Shown here in pieces: positions 30,383 through 40,500 of a stretch of DNA of 52,911 nucleotides; positions within the stretch are counted from its first letter, which is position 1; each line of letters starts with the position of its first letter. Below the pieces are notes generated by a model that was given only the letters and a program-made list of their open reading frames with translations, did no database searches and had not been told where the DNA came from. The DNA comes from Eubacteriales bacterium (GTDB lineage: Bacteria > Bacillota > Clostridia > Oscillospirales > CAG-272): the NCBI GenBank assembly GCA_045632545.1, contig JAZQWY010000164.1, positions 1 to 52,911 of the forward strand, written 5' to 3'. Made by a program: the position numbers and the translations under genes.

Positions 30383-32796
30383 ATATGTATTCACCAGAAC
30401 TTTACGAACCCGAGACGACACGGGACATTATACAAGAATTTGGCGGATATAATCACAACGTCCGTATAGGAGAAAACGAGTTTTACGATATGAAAAATCT
30501 CTCCAGCGCAAACTACCCCACGTTGTCGCCGAGATGTAAGAGAGGAAAAAAGAATGAGATAGAAAACTGCCGTGGTCTTCTCGCAAAGAATGGTCTTGCG
30601 TATGTAAAAGGCAATACTTTTTATTATGAAAAAGACGGCGATATTTACTCTTATGGTCTTGAGCGAGAATATTATGACCAAGAACGTAGACTTGTATCTA
30701 TGGGGGCTTATCTTATAGTTTATCCCGATATGCTATCTTTCAATACGGTGGATATAGATTTAGCTCTTGTTACGGACAATGGGAAGAATATAAAACCTGA
30801 ACTGATGTATAACGAGGGCAAGGAAATTAAAGAAGATTTCACTTTCCAGCTGTGTAACGAGGACGGAAGTCCCATAGATGATAGCGATATATTGATTGAC
30901 TTGGATTACCTAAATGGAAGCTCCACTACCAAGGATTATTATTTTTTAGCCAAAGATGCAACAATATATATCGATCCGTTCAAAGAGTATGAAATTAAGT
31001 TAGACGGTATGAGTGGAAATACTGTATCTTGCACTCCAAACAATACCTTTGTTATGGACAGCAATAATTATATCTTTACCATCACAAAAAAAGGTAGTAG
31101 TTTATATATAAAATCTAACTGGAAAAATACAGAAGCTGTAGATACAGAAGCTGTAGATACAGAAGTTGTAAATACAGAACCTGTAGATAAGGAGAATTTT
31201 TATGACCAATTATATAGTACAGTGGTTGATGAAGAAAGAGTTTTTGAATATGAATTTTCGTTAGTAAAAATAACAACATATTGTGAATTGACTGGTGTTG
31301 ATAACGCAAATAATTCAGAGACATATGCTGTCAAAAGAACATTTAATATTAAAGCAAAATGTAAGGTCGTTGCTGAACGTGACGATGCTAACAATATAAC
31401 TAAAAAACTGCATTTCACTGAAACGCCGTGGGAACCAATCAAAATTGGTACATTGAGGGTCAAAAAACAGGAAGCTGGATATGTCTTTCAACGGTGTACA
31501 ATGAGCAACGAAAACCTAACACCAAATGAAATATGGAATGAGCCTTCATATTGGAGTGATTATCCTGGTCGCATTGAGATATTTTGTTCAGAGTATGACT
31601 TAAAAAAATTGGTGAGAGATATAAAGGAAGCTAAAACCTCGGACAAAATCAAAATATCGTTGAGCGAAAATAGTCAAACTGACGTCTTAGACTCATTTGT
31701 GAAAAAACTTAATGATAGCACAGTTTTGTTAAAGGATATGGCATTGACCAATGACAAAGCTAATACTATGTTACTTCCGGGATGTATAGAGTGGTTTAAG
31801 AGCATCAACACTAACGCCACCATTACAATTTCCCCGGTAATAAAAAAACTCGACTACTTAATCGAAAGCAACAATAGGCTTTGGGGGTGCAGATACGGCG
31901 AGAACGTAGACGGAATTTTCGTCAACGAGATATACGCCACGGCTCTTGGCGCATTCAAATGCTGGGACGTGTTTGATAGGACAGACCAAGATAGTTACGT
32001 CGTGTCTGTCGGCTCTGACGGTCCTTTCACCGCCGCGATAAACTACAGGGGACACCCTATGTTCTTCAAAGAGAACTGTTTCCATATGATATACGGCGCA
32101 TACCCCAGCGCGTATCAGCTCGTTACCGAGACGGGTACGGGAGTGAAGGCAGGTTCGGATAAGAGTCTTTGCATAATTCAGAACGTCCTGTACTATCATT
32201 CTCCTGACGGAATATACCGTTATGACGGCTCCTCGTATGAGAAGATATCAGGGGCGTTAGGCTTTGAGAATTACACGGATGCCGTGGCAGGAAGCATAGA
32301 TAATAAATATTATGTGGCTATGACCGCCGAGAATGGCACGAGAGAGCTTTTCGTTTATGACATAGGTAAAGGACTATGGCACAAAGAAGATGCCGTAAAC
32401 ATACAATATTTTGCGCGATACGGCAATGACCTATACTTTGTCGCTGACGATTATCTCTGGACGGTCAAGGGAACTAGTGGCGAGCCCGAAGCTCAGCCTG
32501 TGGAATGGTATGCTGAATCGGGTGAGATAGGGTATTCCACTCCTGACGCTAAGTACGTTGACAAGCTACAGCTCAGGCTTTCGCTTCCCGTAGGAAGCTC
32601 GGTAAGCCTGTATATCGAATACGACTCGGACGAATATTGGCAATTTCTCGGTTCGGTGTCAGGAAAGTCATTCCAAGCCTTCACGCTTCCGATATTGCCA
32701 AGACGTTGTGACCATTTTAGAATCCGCATATCGGGCGTTGGCGAGTGTAAGATATTCAGTTTGTCGAAAATCCTCGAAAATGGTGGTGACGTATAA
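30379..32796 (+). CDS. Large virion structural protein, possibly a tail, nozzle or stopper component. The C-terminal third looks beta-propeller-like.
   Basis: 805-aa ORF. ATG 30385 is an alternative start with better spacing from AGGGGG. The function is inferred from position only. Confidence 0.45.
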   Translation: MNMYSPELYEPETTRDIIQEFGGYNHNVRIGENEFYDMKNLSSANYPTLSPRCKRGKKNEIENCRGLLAKNGLAYVKGNTFYYEKDGDIYSYGLEREYYDQERRLVSMGAYLIVYPDMLSFNTVDIDLALVTDNGKNIKPELMYNEGKEIKEDFTFQLCNEDGSPIDDSDILIDLDYLNGSSTTKDYYFLAKDATIYIDPFKEYEIKLDGMSGNTVSCTPNNTFVMDSNNYIFTITKKGSSLYIKSNWKNTEAVDTEAVDTEVVNTEPVDKENFYDQLYSTVVDEERVFEYEFSLVKITTYCELTGVDNANNSETYAVKRTFNIKAKCKVVAERDDANNITKKLHFTETPWEPIKIGTLRVKKQEAGYVFQRCTMSNENLTPNEIWNEPSYWSDYPGRIEIFCSEYDLKKLVRDIKEAKTSDKIKISLSENSQTDVLDSFVKKLNDSTVLLKDMALTNDKANTMLLPGCIEWFKSINTNATITISPVIKKLDYLIESNNRLWGCRYGENVDGIFVNEIYATALGAFKCWDVFDRTDQDSYVVSVGSDGPFTAAINYRGHPMFFKENCFHMIYGAYPSAYQLVTETGTGVKAGSDKSLCIIQNVLYYHSPDGIYRYDGSSYEKISGALGFENYTDAVAGSIDNKYYVAMTAENGTRELFVYDIGKGLWHKEDAVNIQYFARYGNDLYFVADDYLWTVKGTSGEPEAQPVEWYAESGEIGYSTPDAKYVDKLQLRLSLPVGSSVSLYIEYDSDEYWQFLGSVSGKSFQAFTLPILPRRCDHFRIRISGVGECKIFSLSKILENGGDV
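31129..31188. repeat. Four tandem 15-bp repeats inside the 805-aa gene
   Basis: ACAGAAGCTGTAGAT twice, then ACAGAAGTTGTAAAT, then ACAGAACCTGTAGAT. Together they encode TEAVD TEAVD TEVVN TEPVD. Confidence 0.9.
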
Positions 32797-32954
32797 TGGC
32801 TATGTATCTTACAACGGAAATTTCGCCAAAGGGCGCGACGGCTGAACAGAAACTTGACGACCTGGTAAGACAGCTTCAATGGCAGAACAAACAGCTCCAG
32901 ACGATTATCGCAGACCTTTACAAGGCGATTGAAACAGCTGACACTAAAAAATAA
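32796..32954 (+). CDS. 52-aa coiled-coil protein
   Basis: TAATG overlap with the upstream gene. Sequence begins MAMYLTTEISPKGATAEQKLDDLVRQLQWQNKQLQTIIADLYKAIE. Below the track cutoff. Confidence 0.5.
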   Translation: MAMYLTTEISPKGATAEQKLDDLVRQLQWQNKQLQTIIADLYKAIETADTKK

Positions 32955-33029
32955 TTTAACGAAAGTACTTGATTATTTTAGGAGAATATGGTACACTTAT
33001 ACCTAAAGTACAATTTGGAGGAAAGTCTT

Positions 33030-33311
33030 ATGAAAAAGTCTAAAAAAATTACAAAAATTATAATTGGAATAGGTTTAATGGTTCTTTCTTCGGTAGTTAT
33101 TACTACCCTTTCTATGAGTGGAATTCAACTGGGTGGTTTGCCGACAATTTTGGTTCATTCTCCTTGGATATGTTATTGGATTTACCTTAGACAATTAAAA
33201 AAGGAAGCTGCTGAAAAACAATCCCAAAAGGAAGAAAATTCACCCGAATCCGAGGAAGTTTCAGAACCCACCGACATTGAAAAAGATAACGTAGAAACAA
33301 CTGGTGAATAA
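33030..33311 (+). CDS. Small two-TM membrane protein with an acidic tail, a moron inside the structural module
   Basis: ATG 33030 follows GGAGGAAAG. A candidate promoter lies upstream: TTGATT (32969), 17 nt, TACACT (32992). It has its own strong terminator. Confidence 0.6.
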   Translation: MKKSKKITKIIIGIGLMVLSSVVITTLSMSGIQLGGLPTILVHSPWICYWIYLRQLKKEAAEKQSQKEENSPESEEVSEPTDIEKDNVETTGE

Positions 33312-33319
33312 ATTTTACA

Positions 33320-33349
33320 ACGGAGAGCTATAATAGCTCTCCGTTTTTC
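33320..33349 (+). terminator. Rho-independent terminator of the moron
   Basis: ACGGAGAGCTA-TAA-TAGCTCTCCGT (11 bp) followed by TTTTCT. Confidence 0.8.
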
Positions 33350-33363
33350 TTGAAAAAATGCTA

Positions 33364-33402
33364 TAGGGGGACTACCTTTTGGTAGTCTTTTTTTGATATA
33401 GT
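33364..33402 (+). promoter_or_regulatory. Late-region motif copy 2 with a hairpin and a -10-like TATAGT
   Basis: TAGGGGGACTACC lies at 33364-33376. The hairpin is GACTACC-TTTT-GGTAGTC followed by T7. TATAGT (33397-33402) lies 20 nt after the motif. Confidence 0.5.
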
Positions 33403-33436
33403 GATATAGTAAAGAAAAAACCTTTAGGAGGAAGAA

Positions 33437-34579
33437 ATGAACGAAAAATACAAATTCAAACTAGGGCGGGATTACGAGAGCCGAAATCAGTCGGCAATAG
33501 ACGATTTGACAAACCAATATACGAATAGGCAGTTTTCCTATGATGCCGATACCGACGCGGCGTATCAGGACTACGCTAAGATGATGCGCGAGAGTGGATA
33601 TAAGGCAATGCAGGACACCGTGGCTCACGCTTCGGCTCTGACGGGGGGATACGGCAATTCCTATGCCGCTACGGCAGGGCAGCAGGTATACAATGATTAC
33701 GCAAAGCAGATAGGCGCGGCGCAGGCAGATTTTTACGACAGAGCCTTAGCTAACTTCAATTCCGAGGGTAACGACCTTTTGAGTAAGATAGGCGTTCTTG
33801 AAAATAGAGAAAACGCAGACAGAGCACTGTGGGAGGAGGATTATACCCGAGCTTGGAACGAGGCTGAACAGCGCGCTAATCATGGTGACGTAAGTGAGCT
33901 TGCAGGACTATTAGATATTGACACTGCAACCGTTCAAAAATCTCTCGGATATGGAGAGATAACTCCTGAAATTGAACAAGGTCTTATAGACGCTCTTAAT
34001 AACGAAAACGGCGATGAGTATTTACGTAGCTTGGTTGCTGCAGGGTATGACACGGAGAACTTAGTGGAAATGGCTAAGCGTTTACAGTATACAGGTAAGA
34101 TTAACAAAGATTTGAATTTTGAAGAAGATAAAGAAGCGAAAGGCGACTACAAATACAAAATAACATATACGGATAAACCCAAAATCGACCATGACGCATT
34201 TGTGGTAAAGGAGAGTGTCAATAAATCTGTTGAAGGAGAGAAATTCTCTAAGAAAGCAGGCGGTAAGTTCCATATTGCTCGTAAAGCTGCGCACAAGGAC
34301 ACAAACAATACTTTAGCAAATCCCAGTAGCTATGGTGGTGATGATGGTAAAGAGAATTGGTATCTTGAATTTGGCAAAGAGCTGGAAGACGATGATAGTG
34401 TATATACGCCGTTAATTAACAGTGGTAAATCAGGGGTTGTCTTATACAATGATGTATTATACTATATAGACGGCGACAAGGTACTTACTATTCAGGCTCG
34501 AGCCGAACACGTAGATGACTATAATAAATTATTAAAATTTATGAAAGATATCTATTGGCAACAAAACGAAACGAACTAA
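33437..34579 (+). CDS. Hypothetical virion protein
   Basis: 380-aa ORF with RBS AGGAGG. No motif recognised. Confidence 0.6.
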   Translation: MNEKYKFKLGRDYESRNQSAIDDLTNQYTNRQFSYDADTDAAYQDYAKMMRESGYKAMQDTVAHASALTGGYGNSYAATAGQQVYNDYAKQIGAAQADFYDRALANFNSEGNDLLSKIGVLENRENADRALWEEDYTRAWNEAEQRANHGDVSELAGLLDIDTATVQKSLGYGEITPEIEQGLIDALNNENGDEYLRSLVAAGYDTENLVEMAKRLQYTGKINKDLNFEEDKEAKGDYKYKITYTDKPKIDHDAFVVKESVNKSVEGEKFSKKAGGKFHIARKAAHKDTNNTLANPSSYGGDDGKENWYLEFGKELEDDDSVYTPLINSGKSGVVLYNDVLYYIDGDKVLTIQARAEHVDDYNKLLKFMKDIYWQQNETN

Positions 34580-34594
34580 TATAGGAGAAAAAAT

Positions 34595-37500
34595 ATGGGA
34601 AGATTAATGTTAACACCCGAAGAAGCGCAAGATAGGTTAGCCAAGGGGTATCAGCGTGCGATCTCTATAACCTTAAACGCCGAACGTAATCGTCTAACGG
34701 ATTTTGAAGCGCAGTACGGTACAGACTATGTTACAAAGTGGCACACCCCAGATGAATTTAATAAATATTACTCAGATTTAGAGGATGCTCGCGACTATCT
34801 GGAGTTATATAAGTCGTACTATAATACATACGGCACCGACGAGCAGAAGTCATCAGTGGCGGATTTAGACAACGTTATCGTGAGTTATAACGACGCTCTC
34901 GGAGCTAAGGACTCGATAATGTCGCACTATTCTCCGTACGCCACCGCCGACCAGTATCAGCGTGCTATGGATTTTCAGGCGGAGAAGATAGCGGAGCGTA
35001 ATATGTTGAGCACGTTGAATTTAGACGATGCGCAAAGCAATATAGATGCAAAAGAAATTGAAATATCTACGCTGAGAGCAGAATTAAGCGACTTACAGGC
35101 AGGTAAAATTAGGCTATCAAGAGCAGAAAAAGAAAAGAAAATAGGACAGTTGCAACTGGCTATTGCCCGAGCTAATGGTGAATTATCCGAATTAAAAAAT
35201 ACTCTTCATAAAGCATCGAAAATTCAAGAGGGGAATGAGTGGTCAAAATACAAAGACGCGCCGGATTTTGCCGAAATGTCCGTTCCCAAAGAAATGTTTG
35301 CTCACGAGTCGCAGACGTATAATGCAATATTTTACCCTGAAGCTCGTGAGATATACGCTAATATGGTCGGCAACTCCGGGACATCAGATGATTACATTTA
35401 CGATCTATTAGAGCCAACAGAAAAAGATATGGTAGCTTACTTAGATAAAGTATACGGTTGGGAAAAAGCTGAAAAATACTTAGATTTTATGACGGATGAG
35501 CTCATAAACAGACGGGCAAAGTCTTGGTATGAGTTCGGACAAGAACACAAGATTGCCGCCTATATAGCAGCTGTACCAATAAATCTTGTTAGTGGTATAG
35601 AGGCAGTAGGTAATATATTAACAGGGGCAAAACATCAAAATTTAACCTCCGCGGCAGCCCAGGCACTTCGTGGCGGTGCTTCGAGTACGATAGACAGCGA
35701 CCTTGGCAAGTTTTTATACAACACGGGTACGTCATTATTGGATAGCGCGACGGCGTTTGGTATTTCCGCGTTAACGGGTATGCCTGTCTTGGGGAGCGCT
35801 CTGCTCGGAGGCTCCGCCACAGCTAGTACTATGAACGACATGATATCTCGCGGCGCACGCGCGGATCAGGTTATATTTACAGGTATCGCGGCGGGTATCT
35901 TTGAGGCGTTGTTTGAAAGTTTTTCTTTAGGAGCCACTGGCGCAATCAAAAACTTGACGAGTATGCAGTTGAAGAATAGCGTCCTCAACACCTTAAAGGA
36001 TATGGGTATTTCCACGCTTGTAAACGCAAGCGAGGAAGCGGTTACAGAGGTCGCAAATATTCTATACGACACGATAGTTAACGGTGAATTTTCCGATGCC
36101 ACGATAATGGTAGAACAGCTTATGGCAAGAGGATATACCCAAGAAGAAGCCGTGTCCGCCGTAGTAAAGACAAAGGGTATGCAGATAGGCGAAGCGGCGG
36201 CATCGGGCGCGTTAATGGGTCCTGCCTTCGGCGGACTTGGAGTGGCAGCGGGAACGGTGGCGCGAGAGATTGGCTATCGTTCTGAGGGCGCGGATATAAA
36301 AAACTCCACTGACGACACGGCAAACTTAGAAACTCTATTGAAGTCTGCCGAAGCTTATTCCTCCGTGAGCAGAACTCTTAACAAAGCGGCAAGTAAGGTA
36401 ACGGAAAAGGGAGAGAAGGTCAGTAATAGGCAAGTTGGAAAGCTCAAAGCCGAGCTTATTCAAGCACAGCAAACGGCGTTCGCAAATCTGGCAAGCGAGA
36501 CCTTTCTCCCCGGCATAAAGACCGCGCTTGAAGAACAGGGACTAAGCGGAAAGACGCTTGATAAGACAGCTACCGCGATAGGTAAATATTTCGGCGGAGA
36601 GCGTAACAAACTTTCCCTGAACGAAGGAAAGCTCCTTGAGAGCGAAGCGGCAAAAAATGTAATTGACAGCTATAAGAAAATGATTGACGAAGCTGATGAG
36701 GAGACAAGACGAAAGCTAAACGATATCGCATATGACATAGAGCAAACGGCAGATTCGGGTATGCGAGCACGTGTAAACGCCCGCGCGAGTGAGATTTCCG
36801 AGCCCTCGAACGAGGCTGAACAGGTAGTATACGGCTATGGCTCGTCGGGTATGACGTGGGATGCAACGAAGTTCAAAATAGAAACAACAAGCTCTAATAG
36901 CGAGATGCTTAGGAATATCAGCCAACTTAGAGCATATGAGCTTTGGAAAATAGGAAGAGAGGAATACGTAAATAAGAACGAAACAGAGCGTGAAAACAAA
37001 AAAGCCGCCGCTATAAAAGCGGCGGAAGCGGAAGGCAAAAAGCATGTTCGCAGGGTAGGAAAGTACGACGACAGCAAGGCACGCAAAAGGCTCAAGCAGT
37101 TGAAACGCGAATCGGTACGCGGAGAGGAGCAGAAAAAGCTGTACGAACGTACTGAAGCAGCGCTCACGCTTGCTGAAATGATTGCTAAATTCGCGGGGAT
37201 AGACGTATACGTTATAGAGGGCGAGCCTGATGTGAACGGCAAGATAACGAGCGAAAACGGTTTATACGTGCTAAAAGAGGGCAAGAATACACAGGCTATC
37301 TATATAGATATAAACGCGGGTATAAATGATATGGACGATTTTATAAAAGCGGCTATTATCCCGCATTTATCTCACGAGGTAACGCACTCCTTTCGTGTCA
37401 ACGCTTCCACGCAGTATGAGAAGCTCAGCGTGTTTATCCAGGACTATCTGACCAAACAAGGCTACTCCGTTGAAGCGCTTGTTAAGCAACGCCAAGACGC

Positions 37501-40500
37501 ATACATGAGAAAGCACGGCAAGGAGCTTTCACCCGCAGATGCGCTTGAGGAAGTTATCGCTCGCGCGTGTGAGGAGCGTATGGGTAACAGTAAAGCGGTG
37601 AAGGAATTTGTTTCCGAGATGTACGCTAAGGACAAGACGCTTGCCGAGAAATTCGTAAACGAAGTTAAGAAGTTTATTGCTAAAATCAACGAGTGGTTCG
37701 ATATCTTCGCGAAGCAGGAATCTGTTACTGTAGAAGCTGAGAAAATGAAGGGAGCCGGAGACGAATTTCAACGGCTTTGGGACGAAGCATTCAAAGAAGC
37801 CGTTAAGGGCTATCAGGTGCTATATACTGGGAAGAGTAAGTCAACGTCAGAAAAGAAGACGGTTAAAAACTCTTTAAGGGAAGATTTTGCGGAAGAATAC
37901 GACAACTGGGATAAAAAGAATCCACGAAAAACATTTATCGTCGGAACAACATCAAAAGCGTTGCAGTCACTAGGGATTGAGGAAAAACCAATTACTTGGG
38001 ATTCGGCAAAAATAATAAAAATTAAGGGAAAACACCCCAAAATGACCGATGATGTGATAAAACAGGTCCCCAATATTTTGGAATATCCAATAGTAATAAT
38101 GGAGTCTAGGACAAAAGACGGACGACTTACGTTTTTTGGTGAAGTGTATGCAGATGGAAAACCTGTCCTTGCAGTGTTGGAGTTGTCTCCAACTAACAAA
38201 GATGGTATAGCTCTTGACGAGTTAAAAATAGCAAGCGCATACAGAAAAGATGGTGCCCAACGCTTGCTTTATAATTCAGAAATCTTATATCGTGATTCCG
38301 ACAAAAAAAGAGTTACCGAATGGGAAAAGCGTACTAGGCTCCAATTGCCGGTCGGCTATTCCTCCGATAACTCTACTAATAGTATAACCGAAAAAGCGCA
38401 AGTTGTCAACAGTAAAATTTCGGAAAATGAAAAAATTATGTACTCCGAGCGAGAGGACGTTCTAACCAGCGCCGAGATAGTGCGTAATATCTTTGAAAAA
38501 AATCCCAAGTATGAGGGATATGAGAAGAACGCTCAGCAGCTTGATAAGTATAAACTTGAAATGCAGAAAAAGGAAAGAAACGTCCAGCGTATACGAGATA
38601 TAGACAAAAAGATAAAGCAACTTAGACGTCTGCGCGCACAGTCGGGCAAGGGGACTCAAATGGATGATCTCCATCAGTCGAGACGGATTGCAGAAAGGCG
38701 TATCGCAGAGGCAGAGGCTAAAATGCTGGAATATGAAGCTCAGCAACTTCAAAGGGTAATCGAGGCAGAGCGAAAGAAGATGATAAAGGAGCTAACCGAG
38801 GAGCTTGAGGGTAAGCGTAGCGGTCAGGTGTCCGAAATCAGAATAAAACAGGCGAAGAAGGAGTTTATAGAAAGAATATCCAGAAAGACAAAAGACCTTC
38901 AGGAGAAGCTCTTGAAGAATACCAAGGACAAGCATATTCCCGAGGACTTCAAAAAACCTCTAGCGGAGTTTTTAGCGACGCTTGATTTTACTCCCCCTAA
39001 CACCCGTAATCGCAAGGGAGGGGAGACAAAGCGTGCGCAAAATGCCCGTGTAGCGTATGACAACTTGATGAACTGGATAAAAGCATACGCGAACACTCAC
39101 GTCGAGGATTTAGGCTATATTGATATTCAAGACGATTTGGCGGAAATGCTCAACGAACAGAAGGAAAAAATGTTGACTGCTATCGAGAGCTTAGGAAGTG
39201 AAAGCCATTTTAGGATATACAATATGGATTCCCAACAGCTTGAAACGCTGAATAGAGTTTTGAGGGAAGTTCAGATGGCTGTCAATAAGGCTAATTCGCT
39301 TAAGTCCGAAGGAAGCTTTAAGCACGTTGCGGAAATGGCGCAAGAATCTATGGAGCATAACGAGAGTTTCCGCAGAATGAAGAAAGGAGATAAACGCGGC
39401 CTGAGGGACTTCTTTGAGTGGGACAATACTTTGCCTGTTTATGCTTTTAAGCGACTTGGCGAAGCAGGACGACAGCTTTTCTCCGCGTTTCAGGACGGCT
39501 TTGACGAACTGATAATCAGGCTCGACGACGCAAGTAATTTTACCCTAAATCTTTATACCGACAAGGAGTACGAAAAATGGTGTAAAGAAATCCATACATT
39601 TGACCTGGAAACGTATAGGGAAGATGCAGACGGAAAGGTAATAACTAAGACAGAAAAGGTAACTCTGAACGTGCCTCAGATAATGTCGTTGTATTGTCTT
39701 GAAAAGAGAAAGCAAGGTCTCGGACATACGAGAGGCGGAGGTATATACGCGCCAACACCTGAGGGGGCAAAGGTACCTAACGGAAAGAACGGAGCTATGC
39801 TCACCGAGGATAGCGTTAAAGAGATACTTTCAAAACTTGATAAAAGACAGAAACACGTTGCCGACCAATTACAGCGTTATATGTCTACGACTTGCGCTAA
39901 ATGGGGAAATCGAGTATCTATGGCGCGCTGGGGATATCTTATGTTTACGGAGGAGTTTTATTTTCCCATAGACGTATATAACCCGAATAAGATAGACGAT
40001 AAAGCAACTTCAAGAGCAAACTCAATGTATAAATTACTCGATATGAGATTTATGAAGCCCACCGATCCAAACGCGAAGGGCAGGGTAGTATTGTATGACA
40101 TATTCGACGTATTCGCTTCTCACGCTGCGGATATGGCGCGTATGAGCTCGCTCTCCTTACCTGTGTTAGACTTCGTTAAATGGTACAGCTACAGAGAAAA
40201 GGTGAACGGTGATGAACGCACCTTAAAAAACTCTCTCGAAGATGCTTTTGGCAAGGGAATTATCAACTATCTAGATAACTTTATATCTGATATTAGCGGA
40301 GTTGTTGAAGTTCGGGGAAATGGGGTTGAATTTCTTGCAGATATTGTCAAAAACGCAAAGACGATGTCAGTAGGAGCGAATTTGAGGTCCACATCTCAGC
40401 AGCCTATGTCAGCTACACGCGCTATGTTGCTTATATCCCCGAAATATATGTCTAAAGCGATATTACAAAAGCCGAATAGAGAAAAGCTAAAGAAATGGTG

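Noticed and set aside
31129-31188. A CRISPR-like or other non-coding repeat array
   Set aside because: The repeats are contiguous 15-bp units without spacers, and they are in frame inside an 805-aa ORF. No cas genes are present. I saw no CRISPR array anywhere in the window.
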